DNA of 59,655 nucleotides, the filler included, from Catajapyx aquilonaris (lineage: Eukaryota): the NCBI GenBank assembly GCA_000934665.2. It is 2 parts of 2 records of this genome, joined end to end, with 100 filler letters (N's around TTAATTAATTAA, not from the genome) between each part and the next. Parts side by side here need not be neighbours in the genome. Positions count along the whole stretch, not along the records: positions 1 to 29,788 come from KZ539205.1; positions 29,889 to 59,655 come from KZ539206.1. The stretch is one strand, 5' to 3'. The translations under genes and the position numbers were made by a program. The notes under the pieces are model-generated. The model was not told the origin of the DNA. It did not search any database and saw nothing but the letters and a program-made list of their open reading frames with translations. This document shows, piece after piece, positions 25,978 to 39,333 of the stretch; the stretch's first letter is position 1, and every line of letters starts with the position of its first letter.

Positions 25978-28900
25978 TATAATACATAAAACCAGTGAGT
26001 GTTGTTTGTCACTGGTGTAGATGGTGTAAAATAGACATTTAATAGTCCAATTAACTAATTGGGAAGTGAAGAAATTTATTGAAAATAACAAAAGATTAAC
26101 CAGTCAATTCTTAAGGTCAAGGCATTTCTTGAGAATGGCTTCCAGTGACGTTCAGGGCATGGTGTCCAGATGTCTGTAGCCTATATTATGATTAAACAGA
26201 TTTTACAAACCATATACCACAGAGGCTAAAGGTCTTACTAATTTAGAATTTTTATTTTCCTGTGTTTAGTTGCTGCCTCTCTTGTTAGAAACCGAAAAGT
26301 AGACACCTACTCCATGCATTTATAGACTTAGATGAATGATGAAGAAAGTCGGCTCGCTCGCTTAGCTCCACTGTAATAAGGGGACAAATGAGCCCTGAAG
26401 TCCCCGGCGAATTGCGTCTCCAAATTCTCAAGACTTAGGTACATATCTATCTAAATTGCTTCCCAAAGTTGTTGCTTCGCCCGCCAAGCAGTTATTAGTC
26501 TAATGGGACCAGAGCCGGTTATTTCTTCCCGGAGAATTGCCTACACAATAATCCATGCACTTGTGCAGCTGCTTCCCCGACACTTGTTTCAAGTTATTAC
26601 TTAACTCCACTCGTAGCTAACTACTTACGCCAGAAGGAAAAATGCAAAGGAACGCTTGCATTACTGCTTAATGAGTATTTACGGAAGTGGTTCGGTTTCG
26701 TTTTCGAATAGGGGGAAGTCATTACGAAGTGAAGGGGGATGATATTGCGTGATTTAAGAGGATGCATGGCTGATTTGCACGCATTACAGGAAGCGAGAGA
26801 TTTGTCCTTTGAATTTCCCACAAGGTGATGTATAGAGATATTATATAGGTATACAGTATAATATATTATAGGTTTAGACTTTAGAGTATTGTTAGGTATT
26901 GCGCGTGGCTGGTTGTATACCTGCAAGCCTTTGCAGTGTGAATGTTTAAGAGGTTATACTTAAAATGTTTTTAACGCAATATTTTACCAAAATGGCCAAC
27001 TCTCATGAAAGTTTCAAAATGTCGGTCTTTGTAGCCATTAAATCGCAGCCAAAATTACTTCATACAATAGCCTATGATGAAAAAGTGAATAGATCACCAT
27101 TATGTTGGAAATAATAATGGAATATGACAATGCAAACAGTTGAGGAGTGGTCAGAATCACAATAATATTGAGAGCATGTGTAGTGTATTGGTCAATATTT
27201 GCTGGAGGGTCGAATTAAGCACGGAATAATTAAAGATACTTTTAGCTAATAATTATTTTATTTCCTGCATTTTGCGAAGCCTACGTAGTGTTTTAATACA
27301 CCCATGTCAAGAAATTTCGTCATAAATTTTACAGGATACTATTTTTCTTTCATTACCGTATAACGACCGATTAAACCCTCTTTCGCACATGTTAAAATAC
27401 TTTTTATTGGACAAATGTTATAAGCATACGTACCACACCTTCAAAATGTGGGAATAAAACTTCCATCTTCATATACAGTAATTTTACCCACTTGGTAAAA
27501 TTTTAACCGTTTTTCAAATCACAAGTCGAATATTACTGCTACACATTATTATTTTCTTAATAATATTATCGAGATAGAAATTATGTAACATGGAAAGTAG
27601 TGCCATTTCCCATCAATATTTTAGTGTTACCCATATGCATTATCATATTCAAATGTCACTTACAGTCCTATTGTCTTCATATGCCAATCAATGCAGTATA
27701 CTATATAGTATACAGTGTACAATAATTATACACTAACACACAAATCCACTTGGAAAAGCTAAGCAATACCACGGCTAATAACTAATAATTATTGTTGTAT
27801 GAAATAATTAGGCCAATCTGACGACATTAATATTCCTATTAGATTATCTCTGCCTCAGTGATCCAAAGTTAATATGACTCTGTTATCCAGACATTACACT
27901 TCTTTGTCAACAACATCATACAGCACGTGAATACAGTGTCCCACCGCACTGTAAGTTATTATAAACCAGATTTGAGATGGGCCCTGTATCCCGCAAGCGA
28001 TGCAGTCTAACCCCCAACTCAATTCCACTGGTTTTCGCACTCAAATCCATTCCCCATCAAATTTTTTTTGGATCTCAATCACCCATAAAAGGATCGGCCC
28101 CGGCGTCTCAGCCGCCATCTTATCTCCCAAGTGACTTCCCCGGATGTTGCGCTGCTCCTTGCGCCATTTTCCTGGTGCGAAATTCGTAACAAGACTGAGG
28201 GATTTCCCCGCGAGACAAGTTTTTTCCCTCTCTACTAGAAAAAGGCGGTGGAAAAAATGACGGGAGATGGGGGAGGGGGTAAAAATGACTGGAGGAAAGA
28301 CGTTTGCATGTAGAGGCGGTGGATTAAGGCGTCCCGACGCGACGTTAAAAAGTGGCGGGACGACGCCACTTACGTCACTCACCTGTCGCCCTCGCCATTC
28401 GATTCCATCGCTCCCTGGAGATGGTATTAAGAACCTCCTTTTTTCTTTCTGACTTGTACCGTCACACCTATAACCGACATCTTCCTTAAAAAAAAAAAGA
28501 ACTAGCTCAAATAATTTACAACTGCAGTTACCTCAGGCATCATCAGCTGTAACTAATAAATCGTCTTATTATAGCGATAACTTTCAATGCTCAAGTTAGA
28601 AGAATAACATATAGAAATGTCCATTGTTCTTTGATGAACTTTGCTGTACTGAAAAGTGCAGGAAAGTTGATGCGACGGTCTTAAAAAGATTTGGGCTTCG
28701 AGAAGGCTAAAGGAAGTTAAAAAATTAGTTGAAGATATGAGACTTTCCCCCCAAAAAAGTGACTTACGAGAAAATTTGAAATGAAGAGCGGAAGGTGGTA
28801 TAAGGGGGGGAGCTTAATTGCTGCTGATTAAAAACGCGGGGGCAAGGTCTCTAATGCTCCAGGGCTCATTATTGTTGCCCAACTTTTGTCATTTTGTCAT

Positions 28901-29380
28901 CCGCTCTGACTATTTCGTCTAATTAGACAAGACTTTTACGAGTTAAAAATTGAAAAGAAGGTTTTGACAAAATTGTAATGGTAATACCTACAAAGAAGCT
29001 TAAAACATGATGTTACCTCAAACCTACCTAAGCCATATGAGAAGTAGTGTGACTCTGTTTATATGGTGATGGCAATATATCGTATGGTGGTGCCAATATT
29101 ATGGACATGTTATATGTGACTAGCACGGTGATTGATAAATACAAGAAATCTACAAGTGCCACAGTTTCCGCAGATGAGCCAAACAGCATTTAAAAATGTA
29201 AATTTTAAATACTTACAAGGAGACTCAAAAAAATTGCAGTTTTCGGACTTTTCCCTAAATCAGCGGTATGTAAGATGTCAGTGTGCCAAGTTCCAGTACT
29301 TTCAGTACTCTGAACGTGGGTTAGGTAGCCGTGACATACGTAAATTGCTGTTTTATATACCTTATGTAAGATAGATAAAT

Positions 29381-29615
29381 AGGAGCCCGAATGCTAATCG
29401 TGAGGTCCTGAGTTCGAATCCCTGGACCGCGGCCATGGTTTTGTGTGGTTTTCCACGGTCCCTCCAGGACAATTCCGGGGTCGTTTCCGTATAATAGGCC
29501 ACAGCCGCTTCCTTCCTTCCCTATCCTTGGCCCCATCCAATGGTGGTATTCCACCCCGCCTAATGGAGCGCCGATTCTCCCAATGCAATGGGGTAAAATA
29601 AATAAATAAATAATA
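29381..29615 (+). mobile_element. SINE with a family-A-like body and family-B-like tail
   Basis: B box gagttcgaatccc and body aggccacagccgcttccttcc. The tail ggtggtattccacccc...aatggggtaaaata(aata)n matches the reverse complement of 54135-54186. Confidence 0.8.
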
Positions 29616-29788
29616 ATTCGACTCTTGACAAGTAATTTCTAATAGTGCGACTTCAAACAGGAAAGAAATGAGAGCAAATGAGACAAAATGCCAGTGAAAT
29701 AATTAATGTCCTCCCGCAAGGACATACCCTGCATCCACTTTTTGGAGTGACTCCCCGCTTGGTCCATGCCCCCCCCCCTTCCCCCCCC

Positions 29789-29888
29789 NNNNNNNNNNNN
29801 NNNNNNNNNNNNNNNNNNNNNNNNNNNNNNNNTTAATTAATTAANNNNNNNNNNNNNNNNNNNNNNNNNNNNNNNNNNNNNNNNNNNN
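29789..29888. other. Artificial scaffold spacer
   Basis: Exactly 44 N + TTAATTAATTAA (stops in all six frames) + 44 N, 100 nt in total. Confidence 0.95.
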
Positions 29889-30662
29889 AATCTTAATGGA
29901 AACTTTTTATCACATCCTGTGTATAACCCCACCACTCCATTTTTTGGGGGTGTCCCAATATTTTCAGATCAGAGCAAGTAATACTGTGTTTCATCATTGA
30001 GTTCATATCCATATCAATGAAAATGTCACAAACACTTCTGTGCCAAGTGTAAAGGTAATTGAAATGAAAATGAGCCAAAGGGAATATTAGAAAGATAATA
30101 ATGCAGCCTACCTGATAAATGAGTTGCTTCCTTGACATTTCTCCCTCCTACATTTTCAACTTGTTTTGGCCCAAGAAATATGCTGACTGCCGTTGGCCAT
30201 ACTAGTAAGAAACACCCTGTACGGCATGTCATAAGTAGGATTTTTGGGCAACATTAAAACAGAAACTCGCAACCTTGCCTATTTCCTTGATTGCCATCCA
30301 TATAGAAAATGTCTTCATGGTAACATTGCACTGTAGTGAACACCATAGACAAGCACTTTTGTTTTTTACTGTTTTTATCTTTTTGAAGTTTTACTCTAAC
30401 ATATCTTAAGATAGAGGTGCTCCAAGGAATGTGATACTAGTGACAATGGTCATGACATCCATGTCTTACATGTATCCCACACGTGACAACGTGAGGGAAG
30501 TATTAGATCCTTTAAGGCTACGGTAGCGATTGCAGCTGGGGGATACATGAAATTGAGTAAAATTTGTGAGCATGCCACACTTGCTTTGAGCACCTTGGTA
30601 TGAAATGAAGGCATGTGGTTAGTGAGACAAGATGCAATTATGGAACCACCAACCTCTGGTAG

Positions 30663-30879
30663 GTCGCCCAGATGGTACGCCTGCATCTACTCCACCACCA
30701 GCCTTCAGTGAAGTGGCTGGCACTACTTCCAGTTCTCACTCTGGTTCAGGTGCAGCTTCCAGAGACTTCCTGGATGCATCATCCCCACGGCATCGAAATG
30801 TCAACACCTCGTGCTCCATCACATCGGTTGTCCTCAATCGTTCCGATAACATAGTGCATGAGCGATTCGAAACTGCCAG
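30663..30879 (+). CDS. Probable type I phosphatidylinositol 4-phosphate 5-kinase (PIP5K59B-like), C-terminal tail exon A
   Basis: Encodes GRPDGTPASTPPPAFSEVAG...NRSDNIVHERFETA, with a strong donor AG|gtgagt (phase 2) and a weaker acceptor ctctggtag. It splices in frame to exon B. The kinase core is not in the window, and the identity rests on recalled motifs in exons B and C. Confidence 0.6.
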
Positions 30880-33765
30880 GTGAGTGTGCTTTACATCATG
30901 CAGAGTTCAAAATGGTGTGCCACTTAAGAGCAGTTGCAAAGTTACTGCTATTAGGATTTGACACGTGGTGTGTGCCTGTAACTTTTCAAACATACGTACA
31001 TATATACTATATAATACCTGAATGTGGGAGATTTTGGACCAGATCATGGCAAATTCTCTGTCAATTGTTATGGAATACATCATATAATTTTGTAATCATT
31101 CACAAAAGAACTATTTCATGAGGGAAATATACTATTTTTCACCTCAGGTCCAGCTCATAAGGGAAGTTAATTTGGCCATTCACACACCTACTTTTGATTC
31201 AAACATAGGGTAGGCTGCAAGAAGGTCCCAAAGAAGGTGATTGCAACAACCTCATTCTCTTACAAAATGTCGGCAGCTAACTTGAGGTACTAAATATTAA
31301 AGCTTGAAGGAGCATATGTAAATCCTGTGTGAGTGGGCTGCATGATTTGTGTCATTGTTGAATGGGAAGAGAAATTCCTAAGAATAATTATACATGGATG
31401 TTATTGGTCATGTCCGTTTAACAATGTAATATACTGTAATTGAGGAAATGGCAGTCCAAAAAACAGGAGGTGAAGGTTCAAAAAAGTCTTTAAAATTAGT
31501 TAAAGTATTCTTGCCGCCATTGACTACTGTCAGAAGGGATAGCTACAATTCCAAGGCACGTCATGCTTGCTACTACATAATGTTACAAGTAGATATTTAA
31601 TATACATTATACTGTACATTCATCTAAAGGTTGAAGATCTTCAGACTGCCCGCGTCATTGTGAGACTGCATGATCTACATTGTTGGTCTTGTAGCGTTTT
31701 ATACTTGTTCATGCCTCTAAGTTTGAATAAAATGTAGTGGAGTGACCAACTCGGAAAAAACGTGAACGTGTTCTAATGGGTTTCTAAATTTGTGAGAAGA
31801 CTATTAGTATGTTCTGATTTAAAAAAAAACACACACATTTTCAATTGATAATAAATGTATTTGCATGTAATTTTCATCCATTTTAATCTAGTTACTTTGC
31901 ATAGGACACCAGAGCCTTTCATGATTATGTGCTATTGAAGGATTAATCAATAAATCTGCCTGCAGAAGCATCTTGTCATGTTATGCGCAGTGCAATTTTT
32001 TATCACTTAAACCTAGTTTATACTCTGCCATAATGGGAGTGAAGTAGCAGTAGTGCTTTAACGAAAGCGAGCCTGCTACCGCAAGCGGTTTATACTATCA
32101 CGGAGCGGCTGCTACTGTATGTCAAGCATTGCTGCATTCCTGGTACCGAAGTGTCCGCCCTGCTCCGGCCTGCCACAGATTTTGGACCTAAAATTTTTAC
32201 TCCTAAAAACATCCAATTCATTCTGGAAATACTGTATGCCTGCTGAGCCAGCATGCTGTCACATACAGCAAGCTTAGCGGAGCCACCTTTTTTTTTTTTG
32301 TCACACCGGCCGTATGAAGTAGCTGGAAAGTTAGATTTCCTTCAACTTTTGCAGCGGTTGTAGGAAGTTGACATTCATGCCATAGTGCGCTGGCGATACA
32401 GCAGCAGGCGTGCAGTAAGCTGCCATAGCGCCCCTTACGACGGAGTATAAACTGCCCTTTACACAAGCACTGAAGTGTTGAAGTGTGTGTAACAACAGGG
32501 ATACAAAAGCATGGGAATGCCAGTTTGAGTGTGGTGACTGCCTTAGCTTGGTTCTGCAGAAGGCTTAGAAAGTTTGAAAGACCCACCAGATGTAGACAGT
32601 AAAGTGATAAGGATCTAGCAACAGGGGTATCAGACTTATCAGATTATTGAGATGGAAGTAATTGAGACTATCAGGAGGTGCTAGCCCTAAATCACTAATT
32701 TAGAAGAGTATCTCACAACTGATGTGTGCAACTTTTAAAAATGTGTGAGAGGTGATGCTGCAAATGCTTGTGATAACTAATTAAATGGGCTAATGGAGCA
32801 AGGATCCAATCCAGCAGGGTAGAAAATGGTATCTGAACAGAATAAAAATTTTGAGTTGATAATAAATTTATTTACTGAGAGCCCACATTGATGTCTGAAA
32901 GGGCTGTATCAACAATAAGTGATATTTTTGATGCCAATTCCATTAAAAAGTCTACTTGAATTTCAAGTATAACCTTGTTGTATAGGATCCTTTGTTGTAC
33001 TGAGGTTAGATAATAAATCTAGTTAATTGCCATACTGAAGCTTATGCTTTTATTATTGCATCTCAGACTGTCGTAAGCTTAAAAGGACACAAAATAACCT
33101 TGTATTCTCCACCATAGGTCACCAGTAGGTTAGTGAAAATAGTTTTGGAAGTTGTAGGCCAGTAGCACTTCAAGCTTGAAAAGTGGGACCACCCGTGTCA
33201 CATCAAATGTCGCTAGAAACTTTGCAACTGTTTGTCTTCCTACAAATGTTTCTCATATTCAATATTTGTCAGTGGCAATATATATCAAGTTGCCATTGCC
33301 TGTAGTTTAAACTGTTGTTAGGCTGGAGGCGTATAACGCACAACACTTCCTGTGTATCCATAGTGGTGATTCGTTTTACTAATATTATGCCTGTCTTTCA
33401 TGCAAACTGCTTTTCTTCTAACAGTGCATGTGTGTACCTTTACAATCTGTATATTGGCTACTGCTAGAATGCTGTACAATAAGAGATTTTTTAATGTAAT
33501 ATGTGCAGCAAGCCAAGTAAAGATAATGGATTTCTAAAGCATTGTGGCGTGCAAGTAGACAAAAGCACGAGCCTAGCAAGGCAGTAGATGTATCTTGTTG
33601 CGTTGTGAGTGCTGGCACGCCTGGTGATCTCGGAGTGAAGCGGGAGCTCCAGCTGGCCTTGCACAGTAGTCATGCCACGCGAAATCTCTGAGGAATTTGC
33701 AGTGTGCAAGGTTTGTTAGACACGTTAAAAAATCTGCCAGTTGGGTCCCTCTTGCGGATCTACAG

Positions 33766-33917
33766 TGTCGAGTCGGGCAGCACGACTTCGGGCTTCAGCT
33801 CAACCATGCGGACAGTGACGTGGACTCCGCCCACCAGTGCAGAGGGAAACACACCCACCCCAACCTGGACAGAAGGGACACCTTCCTTCACTGAATCCTC
33901 TTCCTCTGGGGACCTTG
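33766..33917 (+). CDS. Probable PIP5K type I, C-terminal tail exon B
   Basis: ctacag|T GTC GAG...CTT G|gtgagg encodes (S)VESGSTTSGFSSTMRTVTWTPPTSAEGNTPTPTWTEGTPSFTESSSSGDL. Phase 2 in, phase 1 out. I recall TWTEGTPSFT[ED]SSSSGD from insect PIP5K1/PIP5K59B tails; this was not checked by a search. Confidence 0.7.
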
Positions 33918-35855
33918 GTGAGGATTTCACTGCAGTCCCACCTTTGTGTTCGGTTCCTCTTCCCTGGGTTTCTGTGCTTCTATTCACTCTTGCTTTGTAA
34001 TTGTTTACACGAGCTCGGTTCACTGAATAAGGGGACTTTCTTATTCCTCGCACTGAATACCACAGTTGCAACTTTGCCAGCAATGTACTGAGTCTCGTGA
34101 AGGTGTTGCTTTGCAAGTTCTTGTTTTGCGTGTGGTATTGTAACAATATTTTATGCTGTTGACCGTTTTACAATCAGGCACACACACATTTTATGAGGTA
34201 TACAACTTTAACTAGTTTATGCACACACTATTGATCACAAATGAGCAGTTTATTTATTTTTTTGTTTTAAAGCACTTGCCAAGTTGCATCAAGATTGCTT
34301 CACACTTTGAAGTGACATTTCCTTTATTCTAGATACCCAGTAATAATATATGAACTCACTTTTTTTTTTTTTTCTCCTTTATACTTGAAATCTTTGCTCC
34401 TGGAGGATGAGTTTCATATTGAAGAGCTAATTGTAAGGGTTGGCCAGTGGATGCTTGTGCAAGGCCCTGGACCTCTGCTTTGAAAATCCTTGGATAATTA
34501 AAGCATTTTGAGGACTGTGCCATAATAGAAGGTGCATATTAGCATTTGACTATGAGGCACTTTTAAAACTATAATGGAAGCAGCCAGTGTGTGCCAAATT
34601 CTTATGCATGGTTTCAAGTGCTAAATAGCCTTTTGCAAATGGTGCTGCCTGTGGAAGACTTCAGATTCACCAATGTAGCAGCCTTGTTCACACATTCTTG
34701 ACCAAAAATTGTACCTTATTGAAAATTTGCATTGCTGGAAACAACTGTGATCACACAACTGAGATTCATGCATTGCAGAAGGATTCATAGCAACATTATT
34801 GGAATCTTTGATCATGTGAATGGGGACCTAAACCTAAAAACATTTGCAGAAAAATGATCATTTCTTTTCCATCACCATTTTGTGTTTCATGTGCACCTCA
34901 TTGCTTGTCCCGGTTTGTGATCTATCTCAGCGAAGATACTTGCAAATGTGAGATTTGTAAACTCGAAGTATGTCAGTTGCTGCAGCATTCCAACTAGAGC
35001 AAGGCTATGGTTATTGTGAAACTAGGTTTGAAAGTCACATTCTAGTCATAGACTTAAGAAAGGAAGCACGTGACTTTGCAGCATAATACTGGAAAAGTTA
35101 TTTTTATTTGCTAATTTAACCCTAATAAGATGGGCGTCACATATGCTGTGACAGTGGCTTTAAAAAATTCTGCTGACGAAACTACCGTTTTCCCACTATG
35201 TAACGTGGTTTCTGTGTGGCTTTTTAAATTTTCTGTCGCGTAAAAAATCGCGAGTTTTGGACTACAAAATCGTGCATAAATAAACCGGATTAACCAAATT
35301 AACTTGAATGAAATCATCTTTTGCTGCCGCTGAAAAAAACTTCAAAAAAAAAATCCGACCTTGACTGGCAAATTTTTGGCATACATAGTTGCCAAACCTC
35401 CTCAAGAGATTCCACCCTAAAATTAGTGCAAAAGATGATTCAATAGTTTTAAAATAAATAAATAAATAATGTTCGTAAATGTCAATTACGAGTTTCCGGG
35501 AGTCTGCGCACTTCAACGCCGGCCTTCGTGTGGCTGTAGGGAACATTTCCCCCCGTGCCTTTTGAATAGCTGTTGCTGAAGGATGTTTATACTCGTGAGT
35601 GTTGATCAACACAGCTCGCTGGACAGGCCTGTGCCGTAATTCATGCTATGTGCTTGTGTACGGCTTTTTTCAGAGGTGCGAAGGCTACATACCGATAATT
35701 TTTTGTCAATCAAGCAGAGTGACAAAAAATTGGAGTAGGCGCGAAACAAACCCATCTGCGCCACCTCGTTTTGCATTTGAGAGGTTCCACTGCGTATGTA
35801 TGAGAGGAGGGTCACATAGATGGCCTCAGGATCAAGCCTGGACACTATACGATCT

Positions 35856-36640
35856 AGTTCATACCCCGTTATCAGCCTATCGGCTCTTTAGGGGGGAAAT
35901 TTTGTTTTGCCTGGAACTCCTTGCTTTCATTTTACTGCGCTTTTTGGGATAGGATAGGGACGGAAGGAAGCGGCTGTGGCCTATTAATTACGGAAGCAAC
36001 TCCGGAATTTTCCTGGAAGGACCGTGGGAAACCACAGAAAACCACGGTCAGAGTTGCTGGCCCCGGGATTTGATCCCAGGACCTCCCGATTAGCAGTCGG
36101 ACACCATAGGGTCATTCCCACGTGCCACAGGGATCATGATCCTTACCCCCGAAAATCGCGATTGGGGTGTTTCCACATGCCCTTCCTCCACCCAAACGCG
36201 TTTACGAAGGTGACTGTGGCAACCAGCTTGAGGAAGTTGGCTGCCAGCTTTCGAGTCGCGATCCTGACGTCACTCCCCCCTCCGGACCGGGCAACATGGC
36301 GGCTCCCTGCTTGGCCCTGTCTGCCCACGTGTCTGCCCCCTCGCTCTGCGTGCAGCCAGGACGTGTGTAATAATGCAGATAGCATGCCTCCATGCTATTA
36401 CAGCTAGGCCTATCGTAGAGTCACCCGTGCCTTTGTCCAGGAGCCGAAGCGAGAGTCATTTTTTCGCCAGGCGGTTGGGCGTGGTTACAGACCACTCCAC
36501 CGAAAATCACGAAAAGTACGTAGCCCGTGGAAACAGTCACCAAACGATCCTGATTGTGCGCCTCAGAAACGTGGTTCAAGATCGAGATTTTGTGGCACGT
36601 GGGAATGACCCTCATATCCCCTACTCCAAACTGCTTCGGT
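35856..36640 (-). mobile_element. Full-length tRNA-derived SINE (family A) interrupted by a MITE
   Basis: 15-bp TSD gacactatacgatct (35841-35855, 36641-36655). The reconstructed head has A box TGGAGTAGGGG and B box GGGATCAAATCCC. The body is near-identical to 18930-19180. Confidence 0.9.
36108..36612. mobile_element. MITE with a 3-bp TSD (PIF/Harbinger-like)
   Basis: 22-bp perfect TIR agggtcattcccacgtgccaca, with CAT duplicated at 36105-36107 and 36613-36615. CpG-rich interior. The superfamily is inferred from TSD length only. Confidence 0.75.
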
Positions 36641-37205
36641 GACACTATACGATCTTATTCACCAGTGTTGTCAAGTCTCGTCCCCCAAGTCCCAAAGAAA
36701 GCGAATTTTTTGCAGATACTTGCAAAAACGCGAAAAACCACCTGTCTTATTAGGGTTAAGACTACTGATTAGTAAAGATGTTACTGAATTAACAATACTT
36801 ATCAGTAATCTCAAAGAGCAGCATTTGTAGGGCATTTTGTAACTAAACAGGCTAATATAGAGGTGCAAATTTTTTGTCACTAGATGTTTTATGTTCAGGA
36901 GTTATTTGGTTGATGGCATCTTGTTTTTGGGCTAATTAACTTGATTAAGGAAGTATTGGATTCTAATCCTTTCACATGTCTCTGGTCTTTCACCCTGATT
37001 TTTAGCGAGTGGCTACTACACAGGCTGGTCTGGAGTGTAAATAAAAATTGCATGGTAACAATTACATTTCAAATTAAGGGGGGATAAAGAGAATTTGGGA
37101 GTAAAATTCTCGCTAACTAACAACAGCAGCACCAAAATTATTTTTGTCTAAGTGTAACTAACCTCTCTCTTACACATGTTCATGGTACTTTTCCCATATT
37201 ATTAA

Positions 37206-37521
37206 CTAGATGCGGCACCCGGCGTTGCCCGGGAAGAAATGCATGAAGGGAAAACACCTGCCAGTGGCTCGCAGTAGCCCCATTGAACTGTCTGTCTTTG
37301 TGTGTGTCCGCCCACCAATGCCATCTGTCTCCAACACCTTCCACCTCTCCCGCCTGAATAAGAGAATAACGGCAACAGTCATTTGCCTACCATCTGTCGG
37401 CAACTCCCAACACGTCCCTCTTCCGTCCTGGGGGTGGAACACAGGTGGCAGGCACATGACGATTGGCAGGCGGACAGACGGAAAGTGACGACAGACTCAC
37501 AAACGGCTTTATTTATATAGA
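37206..37521 (-). mobile_element. Non-autonomous Helitron-like element
   Basis: The minus strand reads A|TCTATATAAATAAAG...CCCGGGCAACGCCGGGTGCCGCATCTAG|T: 5' TC, 3' hairpin plus CTAG, AT target and no TSD. Confidence 0.8.
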
Positions 37522-37907
37522 TATAGTATTTTTAGAAGCAATTTGCATGCAAGAGTAATTTACACTGGCGTAAAATTTTAAGTGATGTCGTAACAAGCAC
37601 CCAAAAATGCAGAAAAAAGAGGTGCTCCAGACCTACAAAGCCGATTTTTATGTTTAGCTATAGGTTTTTGGCAAATAATAATTTTGTCAAAATTTGACTG
37701 ATTTGTACGCTGGCATGGGGTGGGAGAACCTTATTTTCATGGTTTTTATTGTGCCTAGAGAGAATGGTCAACCGCAAACGTGACCCTGCTTTTATGTATG
37801 GAGGGTGGGATTGAGTGTCTCCTCTTTCGGCCAGAGTTGGAACTCGAAGAAGGTACAAATTCTCTTGATTTCCCCCTTAAGTTGGCACCCTCACATGAAA
37901 GGTTATA

Positions 37908-38333
37908 CAGGGTTCGGAAATTTAATCTACCGTCGCTTTGGGAAATGATAGAGGGGTTCTAGGCCATCACTTTGACAACATGGGTCTCCGACGCATAGTT
38001 ATCGAGATAATTAGCATTAAATAAAAAGTGCATTATCCCAGCTTATAGGTTTCGGATATTGCTTATGATACTTCCATCGCCTAGGACGTTCCCTGCTACA
38101 CCTAACAGCATCGTAAATTAAAATTAAATAACATTGTAACACCTTAAATTTAAATGAAAAAGGTAAGGTCGCGTGGAGGGACGCATACATGCCAAGATAT
38201 TTTATACCTTGTGCTTTAAGCACATTATCTCGGTAACTATGCATTGGAGACCCATGTTGCATATGCTCGAAGGGATCGCCTAGAACCCATATGTCATTTC
38301 CCAAAGCGACGGAGGTTAAATTTCTGAACCCTG
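37908..38333. mobile_element. Tc1/mariner-type MITE (relatives at about 42843-43592 and from about 54017)
   Basis: About 110-bp imperfect TIRs starting cagggttcggaaatttaa, with TA on the left flank. Confidence 0.8.
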
Positions 38334-39286
38334 TGTACTTTCTAAGGCACTCCATATTTTATGTCTGACATGATGCTACTGACCAAATAACATGTGAATA
38401 CCAAATTGTTGTCTAGTGAACAGGAATTTGACCCTTCAAGTTTGTTAGTTTTGGTGAGTAACTTGCCATATGTAAATATTTGTGACATTTTACAGCTCTC
38501 TGCTTGGATAAGTGAATGATTGTGTCTTGGAGATAATGACCAGTTTCTGGTAGGGGAATGCTCATCTCACTCTGCCTGCATGCCTAAGCCCAACATGTGT
38601 AGATTAATTAACTGTAATTTTCTCATGTTTTCCAACTTCCCACCATTTGCTCAGCTTTATATTCTCAAGAATTGTTATTCTATTCCTCAATCGGGTGAGC
38701 ATTTGTGGCAATTGGGAAGTGTGAACAGTTATTTTTAATTGATATGCAGAGCTTGGTGTGGGCATACAGAATGGAGGTGAAGTCATTGGATAACACTATG
38801 CAACACAATATTTGTCTATGGAAATTCATTGTCATATTCATGTTCCTTAGGTCACAAGTAACTCATAATGGGCATTCATTATTTGGGTCTTTGATTTGTT
38901 TTTGACCTCGGGGCAGTCAAAAAACAAAAGTCCTCAAATATAGCAGTTTTTTCCCCAATCAAGTGGGCCTAAATGTTGCTAAACCATCTCGGATTTTTCT
39001 GAAAATAATCACAGCTGTACACACCTATGCCGTAACAACGCATATCAAGTTTCAGCCAAATTGCGAAATACCGTGGGGAGGGAAAAAATCGCGAAATTTT
39101 GAAAATGGAGCCTTTTTTGGATCGTTTTTTAAGGTTATTGGAAGTGGTCAAACCCCAATCAACATTTACATCAAATGAAAGGGAAACGCAAGTAGAATGT
39201 GCCTATGGAATTTGATTTTATCGAAAATGCACCTCCGAAAAACATGTGTGGCATTTCATCAGTCACATGTCCAAGAATTTGGCTCA

Positions 39287-39291
<5 letters not shown>

Positions 39292-39333
<42 letters not shown>

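Noticed and set aside
29381..29430. tRNA gene candidates here and at about 36070-36640, 39540-39613 and 52956-53030
   Set aside because: All are SINE heads followed by SINE bodies and tails, and none forms a complete cloverleaf.
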